This document shows positions 8,786 through 16,243 of a stretch of DNA of 21,868 nt, in pieces. The notes beneath the pieces are model-generated. The model searched no databases. It was not told the origin of the DNA and worked only from the letters and a program-made list of their open reading frames with translations. Position numbers and translations under genes: made by a program. The DNA is from Candidatus Thorarchaeota archaeon SMTZ1-45 (GTDB lineage: Archaea; Asgardarchaeota; Thorarchaeia; Thorarchaeales; Thorarchaeaceae). The DNA is taken from positions 1 through 21,868 of the forward strand of contig LRSL01000113.1 in NCBI GenBank assembly GCA_001563335.1, in the 5' to 3' direction. Position 1 is the first letter of the stretch. Each line of letters opens with the position of its first letter.

Positions 8786-10030
8786 ATGATGCATTTTGAA
8801 GAGTCGGATGAAGAAAAGATGTTCCGCGAGGCAGTGCGTGAGTTCGCTCAGAAATACGTCGCGCCTGCGTGGAAAGAGTATGATGAACACACTCACGAGG
8901 TTCCGCGAGACCTCATCAAGAAGATGGCAGACCAGATGTTGTGGGCACCCACTGTGTCAGAGGAGTATGGTGGAGCCAATCTCTCTTGGGTGATGTCATG
9001 CATCGCCGCAGAGGAGCTTGCGAAGGCAGACCTCTCCATTGCACTCCCAGTCATGTACCTTGTTGAGGCTTCATGGGCGTTTATCTTTGACAAGTATGGC
9101 ACTCCCGAGGCGAAGGCTGAGATCCTCCCGCGTGTCACAAAGGGAGACCTGTTCTTTGGTATCGCAACCACTGAACCAACTGGTGGCTCTGACCTCGTCA
9201 ACTCGACCAAGACCACGATCAAGCCAAAGGGTGACAAGTTTGTCATCAATGGTGAGAAGGTGTATATCTCCGGCGTGGCTGAGTCCGAGAAGTACGGTGG
9301 TGTATACTGGACACTGGCTAAGTCGGACCCGAAGGGCGACCACAAGGCATTCGATGGGTTCATTCTCCCGCTGAACATGGGTGATGGACTGCATCCTGGA
9401 ATCACAACCACGCTGTTTGAGGACATGGGGCGGATGGGTGTGTCCTGTGGTGGATTCAACATCGAGAATGTGGAGATTCCGAAGCACTACATCATCGGCG
9501 AGCGTGGGAGAGGATTTTATTATGCCATGATGGGTTTCAGTGCAGCCCGCGTGTTAATCGCAGCCACTTGCCTTGGTGCCGCACAAGCATGTTTTGACAT
9601 TGGTGTTGACTATGTTAAACAACGCAAGCAGTTCGGACGACCACTCGCGGCTTTTGAAGGCATAATGTTTGAAGGAGTCGATTCATGGATGGCAATTCAA
9701 GCTGACAGACATCTAACATATCATGCAGCCTGGATCATGGATGAAGTCTATAGTAGAAACAACAAAAACTACGACCATCTCGATATTGCCAGGTACACCG
9801 CTGCAGCCAAATACAAAGCACCACACGATGCTCTTGACATCATTACTCGTGCCATGACTTGGCACGGTGCCTTTGGATACTCCAAGGAATGTCCCCTCGA
9901 AGCTTCTTATAGGGGTGTTCGTTCATACACTGTTGGAGCTGAAGGGGGGTCTCATATACAGAAAATCGTCATGGGTCGAGAAATTTTCGGACCCGAATGT
10001 CTTCCATATCGTCAGGAAAAGCAGATGTAA
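8786..10030 (+). CDS. Acyl-CoA dehydrogenase (anchor gene of the array)
   Basis: Family motifs: SEEYGG, FGIATTEPTGGSD, INGEKVYIS, IGERGRGF, R-x-QFGRPL, HGAFGYSKE and catalytic-region GAEGGSHIQK; 414 aa. Confidence 0.96.
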   Translation: MMHFEESDEEKMFREAVREFAQKYVAPAWKEYDEHTHEVPRDLIKKMADQMLWAPTVSEEYGGANLSWVMSCIAAEELAKADLSIALPVMYLVEASWAFIFDKYGTPEAKAEILPRVTKGDLFFGIATTEPTGGSDLVNSTKTTIKPKGDKFVINGEKVYISGVAESEKYGGVYWTLAKSDPKGDHKAFDGFILPLNMGDGLHPGITTTLFEDMGRMGVSCGGFNIENVEIPKHYIIGERGRGFYYAMMGFSAARVLIAATCLGAAQACFDIGVDYVKQRKQFGRPLAAFEGIMFEGVDSWMAIQADRHLTYHAAWIMDEVYSRNNKNYDHLDIARYTAAAKYKAPHDALDIITRAMTWHGAFGYSKECPLEASYRGVRSYTVGAEGGSHIQKIVMGREIFGPECLPYRQEKQM

Positions 10031-10044
10031 TCAAAATCAATGAA

Positions 10045-10064
10045 AAGGGAGCCTATGCTCCCTT
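10045..10064 (+). terminator. Hairpin after the ACAD stop codon
   Basis: aagggagc-ctat-gctccctt, a perfect 8-bp stem followed by a T-rich run. Confidence 0.7.
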
Positions 10065-10079
10065 CTTTCTATTTATATC

Positions 10080-10382
10080 TCACTCTTCATATTCGTATAG
10101 ATTCTTGTTGCATTCTGGACATTGTTCAGGCGGTTTTTCTCCCTGATTAAATTTTAAATAGCATCCTCCAGACCTACATTCAACCCAATAGATATCATCA
10201 GAGTCAGGAGGTTCAAATTCAGCAAAGTGGTCATCAACAGGACCCATAAGTCTGAATCCTTCTTCCTTTAGCTTCGTAATAAATTTCAATCTGTCCTTGA
10301 GAGCCTTAATCACATCAGTGATGCTCTTACAATTATAGCCAGTAATCATTTGTTTGAAAAAGAATGCAAGGGCAATTTTCAT
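10080..10382 (-). CDS. Small hypothetical protein with C-terminal Zn-ribbon (paralog A)
   Basis: YWVECRSGGC...CPEC; aligns along its length with the neighbouring ORF. Confidence 0.75.
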   Translation of the reverse strand: MKIALAFFFKQMITGYNCKSITDVIKALKDRLKFITKLKEEGFRLMGPVDDHFAEFEPPDSDDIYWVECRSGGCYLKFNQGEKPPEQCPECNKNLYEYEE

Positions 10383-10414
10383 GTATTATTCCTGTATTAG
10401 GACACATTTCATCC

Positions 10415-10768
10415 TCATTCATGTGGCTTCACTCTATGACACTGGTTGCAGCTTGTTGGTTGCTGTGTTCTTTTTAGCAACTCTAGATGATATCCACAAG
10501 TCCTACAACGACCCCAATAGAATCCCTTACGCTTTGGAGGGATAATCTCGAGATAATCCTCAGCATCTCCCTCTCGGACTCTGTAACCTTCATTCTTCAA
10601 TTGATTGAAATATTCAATCTCTTTCTCAATTGCATGGATTATATCATCAATCGACTCACAATCTGCTTCAAGACTTAGGAATTTGAAACGATGGATACTC
10701 GGTATACAGTCAAGACATCCACAGTCGAATGAATCTAACCCAGTATTTCTACAACGTTCCTCATACAC
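10415..10768 (-). CDS. Small hypothetical protein with C-terminal Zn-ribbon (paralog B)
   Basis: YWGRCRTCG...CNQC, plus an extra N-terminal Cys cluster (C...DCGCLDC). Confidence 0.75.
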   Translation of the reverse strand: MYEERCRNTGLDSFDCGCLDCIPSIHRFKFLSLEADCESIDDIIHAIEKEIEYFNQLKNEGYRVREGDAEDYLEIIPPKRKGFYWGRCRTCGYHLELLKRTQQPTSCNQCHRVKPHE

Positions 10769-10950
10769 TCACCAACACCTCAAAAGAAAATGGAGTACTG
10801 TCGTATTTAGCCTCAACGGATTTTCAGATTCTGAGAGTTCTATCCCTTTTTCTTCATATTTTCAGAATTTTCAAGGGGATCTCCTGATGCATATCGACAG
10901 ACTGCGTTTTCTATAGTATTTCTGTGAACAGTAGTGCCATAGTCATCAAA

Positions 10951-10995
10951 TTTGGAGCAAATTATCTGCTGTACAAGCAGGAGAAACAAATGTAG
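10951..10995 (+). repeat. ACAD tail copy T1 (short, degenerate, no clear hairpin)
   Basis: tttggagcaaattatctgctgtacaagcaggagaaacaaatgtag = FGANYLLYKQEKQM*. Confidence 0.85.
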
Positions 10996-11086
10996 AATCT
11001 TTGAGTGAGTTTAGCTGAGATAGATGTAAATTACATGTATGTAGAGATGTTTCAAACTCTTATTCGAAGAGGGGGTACAGCAAACC

Positions 11087-11542
11087 TTGTCTAGCGAAAA
11101 ACTTCATGATGCTTTAAAAAATTGGATAATGGAAAAAGCTGAACTAAAGAAAGATGCAAGGAAAAACAAATACTACGATCGTGTCTTTTCAGGGGATATG
11201 GAGCCAGTTGACATCAGGGTCAGAATGAAGCATTTTGATTATCGACCAGATATTGTTCTAGTTCGGAAAGATAGAAAGTATCTTGTAGAGATTGCTTTAA
11301 GCGAGGATTGGCGTGCATTAGTCGGAGAGCTGTCACTTGCTAAAGCTTGTCGTGCTGCAAATGTACTTTTCATCGTTTCTGGATGGGATAAAGATGCGCT
11401 TGATGATATTTTGACTGTAATGGGGGAGGTTCTTGACTACGAAAAGTGGTATTATATCATCCTGGATGACAATGATGTAAATAATTTAGAAAAAGCAAAG
11501 AAAGTTGTAAGTAAATGGCTGACTGATTGGGAATGGATCTAA
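11087..11542 (+). CDS. Hypothetical protein, possible PD-(D/E)xK nuclease fold
   Basis: N-terminal helix S..LHDALK, then YRPDIVLVRKDRKYLVEIA (PD...E-x-A). Fold assignment is from motif only. Confidence 0.55.
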   Translation: MSSEKLHDALKNWIMEKAELKKDARKNKYYDRVFSGDMEPVDIRVRMKHFDYRPDIVLVRKDRKYLVEIALSEDWRALVGELSLAKACRAANVLFIVSGWDKDALDDILTVMGEVLDYEKWYYIILDDNDVNNLEKAKKVVSKWLTDWEWI

Positions 11543-11553
11543 ACTATGACCTA

Positions 11554-11645
11554 ATGTCACGAAAGATATTCAGACCAGACTATCTGCCGTACAGGCAAGA
11601 GAAACAGATGTAGTTTCAAGTTTCAATCGAGAGAGGTGTTCCTCT
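11554..11645 (+). repeat. ACAD tail copy T2 plus hairpin
   Basis: 11554-11613 = MSRKIFRPDYLPYRQEKQM*, then tttcaagtttcaatc and agagg-tgtt-cctct. Confidence 0.95.
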
Positions 11646-11714
11646 TTATCCCCTCATTTTTATATTGATTACTAGATTGGGTGGAGTGTGTTTCGTTCTC
11701 TGGTGGGGATTGAG

Positions 11715-13682
11715 ATGAAGGACCAAGATAGAAAACCGGACCCATTACTTCGAGCGATAGACATCACCATTATCATCTTGATTATCTCCTGCCTTGGCGT
11801 AGGAGTCATCGTGGGATATAATAAACCTTCAAGAGGGACAATAGAACTAATCGAGGGAACTGAGATTAGTGGGGTTCCTAGCCAGAATGTAACGAAATCA
11901 TTCTCTGCAACCGACTCAGACTTGGTTTTCCTGAATGAACCGCCAAGTGTGAATAGTCACTGGTTTTATTCATCTGACTATTATGGGGATGAATGGGGTG
12001 TCCCCGTCGTTGAATCAAGGAAGGCGAGGTCGTCCCTCTCCTCAGAGGGACTGTTGCTAGAACTGAGTGGAGCCGAGGTTCGTTTTACAACTGGAGTGAG
12101 GATTCCCCTGAACGCATGTAGCACTTTGAATTATGCAACCTCTTTGGGAGTTCTCAATGGACAGGTGGAGATAAACTTCAGAGTGTGGTTCAGAAAGAGT
12201 CCTTATACAGTCATGGGTGACAACCTAACTAGGGAGAAGAGCATAAGTCTAACTCCAGCTAATGGGACTGCAAATCTCTCATTCAATATTCCTATTGAAA
12301 GTTTCAATGCCTCTGTGCCTCAGTTGTCTATAGAGTCTTGGGTCCGTATCACAATAGAATCTCAGTTTCCGACTCGATTATTAGTTGGCAATGTAAGTAT
12401 AAGTGGTCAAGCAACATATGACCTTTGCAGGGTTTCAGTTGATGTCCAAGCGCTTGATGGGAGAAGCATATATGCACCTCCGTATATGACGGATCTTTGG
12501 CCCTACCCCCTCATCAACCTCACAAGACAGGACGCTCCTAGTACATCTTCATTGTTTTACATCCTGCGTTCAAATGATGTCCTCTATCTCGAGCCCGGAA
12601 ATTACTCGGGATTTGCGTACTGGTCGCCGAGAATAGTAAGTGATTCTGACAACCCTTATTGGCAATCAAGGTTAGCCATCAATATCACGATTGCCACAAA
12701 CGAAACAGCGATCTGGGAGATAAGGATGCAATGTACTAGATTGTTCATCACAATAGATCCTATGATTCCTGAAACGTTTGTTCAAATACAAACTGTGGAC
12801 GACCACTTATACTATTCAATTGGTAGTTTTAATGCTTCAGTGAGTGATTTCATCTACCTACCAATATCAAATGGTTCAGATTCTTTCGATATTTTTATTA
12901 AAACGAATCCCAGCACTCAATACAACTATAGAGATTTGCCCGTAGTTTCCTATTTCCCAATGGAGAATCCACTCGAAATTGATTCCAACCATGAGTGGCA
13001 TCTCGAAGTAAAGCTTCCAATCGATGTTTTCTTGGGAGTTGGCTTCATTGGCGAAGATATAACAATTATAAATCTAGGAGTTATTACGCTACTTCTTATG
13101 ATTGGGCGAGTCCTGATTCACTTCAAGAAGATAGGTTTCATTTCGATACTAAAAGACCCACGCCTTATTCCGTTCGTGATTCTGTGCATTAGTCTGATCT
13201 TTCCTTGGGCCGAATACTCACACACCACATCAGAATGGTTGGGATCGGACTCTACAATCCTTTTCACCAAAATAAGTCCGCTTGCCCTACTTCTAATGTG
13301 GAGCAAAGATAGCATCATCATTTTGCAACCGGGAATATACTGGTTTGAATCTTACATCCAATATCATATAGGATGGATGATAAGTATTACATATGATGCA
13401 TGCGCATTATTCCTAAGTTCTGTCTTCCTATTCTGGATTCCCGTTATCTACTGCTTTACTACGATTGGTAGAGGCGACAAGAGGAATGCAGACTATTTAC
13501 TGTATTATCTACTTGCATTAGGAGCACCGACATTGCTAGCCTGCTTGCCATTCATACCAAATTCGAGGTTGATTTTTGAGGGATTGGGAATAGGAGCATA
13601 CCTTGCAATGTCAACAATCCCAGTGTTCCTGTTGGTGAATTTGCTGTATCGATTTAGGACTCGTTTGATGGATACTCAATAA
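11715..13682 (+). CDS. Large hypothetical membrane protein with extracellular domain
   Basis: N-terminal TM, long beta-rich region with many N-x-S/T sequons, and ~5-6 C-terminal TM helices. ATG 11715 follows a GGTGG SD; an alternative GTG start lies at 11688. Confidence 0.8.
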   Translation: MKDQDRKPDPLLRAIDITIIILIISCLGVGVIVGYNKPSRGTIELIEGTEISGVPSQNVTKSFSATDSDLVFLNEPPSVNSHWFYSSDYYGDEWGVPVVESRKARSSLSSEGLLLELSGAEVRFTTGVRIPLNACSTLNYATSLGVLNGQVEINFRVWFRKSPYTVMGDNLTREKSISLTPANGTANLSFNIPIESFNASVPQLSIESWVRITIESQFPTRLLVGNVSISGQATYDLCRVSVDVQALDGRSIYAPPYMTDLWPYPLINLTRQDAPSTSSLFYILRSNDVLYLEPGNYSGFAYWSPRIVSDSDNPYWQSRLAINITIATNETAIWEIRMQCTRLFITIDPMIPETFVQIQTVDDHLYYSIGSFNASVSDFIYLPISNGSDSFDIFIKTNPSTQYNYRDLPVVSYFPMENPLEIDSNHEWHLEVKLPIDVFLGVGFIGEDITIINLGVITLLLMIGRVLIHFKKIGFISILKDPRLIPFVILCISLIFPWAEYSHTTSEWLGSDSTILFTKISPLALLLMWSKDSIIILQPGIYWFESYIQYHIGWMISITYDACALFLSSVFLFWIPVIYCFTTIGRGDKRNADYLLYYLLALGAPTLLACLPFIPNSRLIFEGLGIGAYLAMSTIPVFLLVNLLYRFRTRLMDTQ

Positions 13683-13691
13683 AGAACTTAT

Positions 13692-13785
13692 ATGGGCAGA
13701 GAGATATTCGGACCGGACTATCTTCCATATCGCCAAGAGAAACAGATGTAGTTTCTAGAAATGGAGAGAGAGGGGATTCCTCTCT
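13692..13785 (+). repeat. ACAD tail copy T3 plus hairpin
   Basis: 13692-13751 = MGREIFGPDYLPYRQEKQM*; hairpin agagagg-ggatt-cctctct (13767-13785). Confidence 0.95.
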
Positions 13786-13862
13786 TGCTCTTTACTTACG
13801 ATTGACTTTTCTCATTTGAGCCTTTTTTGAAAAAAGAGAAATAGAAGCTAGAACAAGTAGGA

Positions 13863-14060
13863 ATGATCAAAATGACGAGGGATATGTGGAAGGTAGCCAG
13901 GTGGATAGCAATCGTGTATTTGATACTTGGAGCTGTATTTACAGCCTTGTGGTGGTTTGGATTCATTGTACTTGGTGCTGGCAATCCGGTTTCGGAGTTC
14001 TTCTTTTATTTCTTCTTGCCAGTATGGGCTTTATTTACATCCTTTATTCCACCATTATGA
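13863..14060 (+). CDS. Small hypothetical membrane protein (2 TM)
   Basis: 65 aa, strongly hydrophobic; the only plausible gene between T3 and T4. Confidence 0.6.
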   Translation: MIKMTRDMWKVARWIAIVYLILGAVFTALWWFGFIVLGAGNPVSEFFFYFFLPVWALFTSFIPPL

Positions 14061-14136
14061 TATGATTGAAAACTTGGATTTCCCCTTCATGTTATCAACA
14101 CTTGCAAGCGGCAACTACAGGTGCATAAATGCTAAT

Positions 14137-14237
14137 ATTGTCATGGCACGCGAGATATTCGGACCCGACTATCTACCGTACAGGCAAGAAAAACAGATGT
14201 AGATTCAAACTTTCAAACGAGAGAGGAGCTTCCTTTC
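14137..14237 (+). repeat. ACAD tail copy T4 plus imperfect hairpin
   Basis: IVMAREIFGPDYLPYRQEKQM* (stop at 14202); gagagg-agctt-cctttc. Confidence 0.95.
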
Positions 14238-14268
14238 GAAGAAAAGTGGAGTCTGGACTGTCTACTAG

Positions 14269-14374
14269 AAGGTGGTAATGGCACGGGAGTTACTGGGAGC
14301 AGAAAACCTCCCCTACCGCCAAGAGAAACAGATGTAGATTCAAGCTTCAAATCGAGAGAGGGTTCTCCTCTCTC
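14269..14374 (+). repeat. ACAD tail copy T5 plus hairpin (divergent allele)
   Basis: KVVMARELLGAENLPYRQEKQM* (stop at 14337); gagagagg-gttct-cctctctc (14354-14374). Confidence 0.93.
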
Positions 14375-14384
14375 CTCACTATTT

Positions 14385-14894
14385 CTATCTCTGAAAGAAC
14401 TTCCGTGTGATCCTCTTTTCCTCTGAGAATTTCATTTCAGCCTCATCAAGGACAGAACGATAGCCTTCCTGTTCTTCACCTCTCATTTTGGCGGCTTTCA
14501 TTTGATCCAGTTTGTCTTCCCAGAATTCCACAATCTCAGGATGATTTTCAAAATAGTCTTCCAATCTATCATGTATCTGCCTAAGAAAGCCCTGGGGGTC
14601 ATACGCAATTCTCGACAAGATAGTTGTGTACCAAAGAAATGGATAAGTTTCAATAGACTGCAAAACCATATTCAGTGGTTCGACACTCATGTCGATCTTG
14701 ATTCCTCTTCGGTACTCCTCTATGAATTGATGTGTTTCAATGCTCTCTGAAATCACCCCGAGATCAACGTCAGAATCAGGTCTAATATCACCAGTCACTA
14801 GACTTCCAGCAATTTCAATACCAACTATTGATGGGTCTTTCTTGAGTTCCTCGACAACTTCTTCTGCAATTTTTTCCTGTAGGGTTTCCATCAT
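14385..14894 (-). CDS. Nucleotidyltransferase domain protein (Pol-beta/MNT/KNTase-like)
   Basis: IAGSLVTGDIRPDSDVDLGVI contains the GS...DxD motif; third Asp in GIKIDMS. Confidence 0.85.
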   Translation of the reverse strand: MMETLQEKIAEEVVEELKKDPSIVGIEIAGSLVTGDIRPDSDVDLGVISESIETHQFIEEYRRGIKIDMSVEPLNMVLQSIETYPFLWYTTILSRIAYDPQGFLRQIHDRLEDYFENHPEIVEFWEDKLDQMKAAKMRGEEQEGYRSVLDEAEMKFSEEKRITRKFFQR

Positions 14895-14918
14895 CTACAC
14901 AACTTTGGCTCATTCAAC

Positions 14919-15941
14919 TCATTCAACAGTATCGTTGAATAGGACTATCCTGTAACGTGCCTTGTTCTCCTTTACCTTCCGAATCGCCTCGTTTACCTTC
15001 GTCATAGGCATCAACTCCACTTTAGGCATGATGTTGTACTCCTGTGCGAACGAGAACATCTCCCGCATTGTGGTCCGATTGCCGAGGAAAGAACCAGTGA
15101 TCGACAGTTGACGTGCCACGAGTTCAGTCGAATTGAACTCCACGTCTGGAAAGCCGATAAGGACCAGCCTGCCCTTTTTCTTCAAGATATTCAATAGTGC
15201 CTCCCAGTTGATTTTGTTTGAGGCGGTGCACAGAAGCAGGTCAAAACTAAGCATAGCCTCTCGCAAGCTTGTCTGGTCGTCCGAAGAGAGGAAGTGGTCT
15301 GCACCAAAGGAAAGCGCCTCCTGTTTCTTCTCCGGAGAGGAGGAAATGGCTGTGACATCGTAGTCGAGAGCCCGTGCGAACTGTAATGCAAGGTGACCCA
15401 GACCTCCCACACCGATGATACCAATTTTCCGCGCGGGTTGCGTTGCGTACGAACGAAGCGGCGAGTAGACCGTGACCCCGGCACACGTTAACACAGCGGC
15501 CACCTCAGAAGGCATGTCGTCAGGCAGCTGATAGACAAAGCGGCTATCCGCGATGACGGAGGACGAGAAGCCACCATAGGGGACCCAGGTTCCTGATGGA
15601 ACAATGTCCAAGCAAAGCTGGTCTTCTCCCTGCAAACACCACTCACATTGCATACAAGACCGACCCTGCCAGCCGATGGCAACTCGATCCCCTTCCTTCA
15701 AACCGGATGCCGCATGGCCCACTTCCGACACATGTCCAACGATTTCATGACCTGGGACGAAGGGAAAGGTGGTTATATCGTAGTAATTGTCGATGGCATG
15801 GATGTCGCTATGGCACACACCGCAGTGCGTGACAGAAACCCTGACATCATGCTCCCCCAGTTTGGGTGGCTCGTAGGTGATTGGCTCGAGCGGTTGCCCT
15901 ACCGCCTTCGCTGCGTATCCCAAGACTTTTGAAGAAGACAT
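14919..15941 (-). CDS. ahr: Zn-dependent NAD(P)-dependent alcohol dehydrogenase / aldehyde reductase (CAD family, Ahr/YjgB-like)
   Basis: CGVCHSD, PGHEIVG, structural Zn site CMQCEWC...C, GVGGLGHLALQFA and the C-terminal ARYRIVL. Confidence 0.9.
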   Translation of the reverse strand: MSSSKVLGYAAKAVGQPLEPITYEPPKLGEHDVRVSVTHCGVCHSDIHAIDNYYDITTFPFVPGHEIVGHVSEVGHAASGLKEGDRVAIGWQGRSCMQCEWCLQGEDQLCLDIVPSGTWVPYGGFSSSVIADSRFVYQLPDDMPSEVAAVLTCAGVTVYSPLRSYATQPARKIGIIGVGGLGHLALQFARALDYDVTAISSSPEKKQEALSFGADHFLSSDDQTSLREAMLSFDLLLCTASNKINWEALLNILKKKGRLVLIGFPDVEFNSTELVARQLSITGSFLGNRTTMREMFSFAQEYNIMPKVELMPMTKVNEAIRKVKENKARYRIVLFNDTVE

Positions 15942-16043
15942 TCGCAGAACCTCTCCTGTTCAGTAGCGCGCATCCAATGGAACAGCTGAGCATGCTGTCG
16001 GACGTTGATTGAACAGAGAATATTAGTATTCCGTTAAACAGAG

Positions 16044-16149
16044 AAGATTGTCATGGCACGAGAGATCTTCGGACCCGACCTTCTGCCGTACAGACAAGAG
16101 AAACAGATGCAGGTTCAAGTTTCAAACCGAGAGAGGTTCTTCCTCTCTC
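16044..16149 (+). repeat. ACAD tail copy T6 plus hairpin (stop mutated TAG>CAG)
   Basis: KIVMAREIFGPDLLPYRQEKQMQ; gagagagg-ttctt-cctctctc (16129-16149). Confidence 0.95.
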
Positions 16150-16243
16150 AATCCCTTTTCTTTATCGACTCAATATTTTGTTCGAACAATTGATAAGATA
16201 ATATATTATCGGTGGAAACCGCGATACCTGCAATAGCTTTGAA

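Noticed and set aside
8796-9487. Alternative-frame and antisense ORFs inside ACAD (8796, 8893, 9018, 9071)
   Set aside because: Shadows of the GC-richer 5' half of a clear gene. The same applies to ORFs inside the ADH, SDR and GH genes.
13927-14202. 91-aa ORF ending in MAREIFGPDYLPYRQEKQM
   Set aside because: Chance read-through into tail copy T4; it overlaps the more plausible 13863-14060 gene in another frame.
14385-14894. MNT-HEPN toxin-antitoxin pair
   Set aside because: No adjacent HEPN (Rx4-6H) gene; the neighbour is an alcohol dehydrogenase.
16048-16236. 62-aa ORF
   Set aside because: An out-of-frame reading of tail copy T6 and its hairpin.
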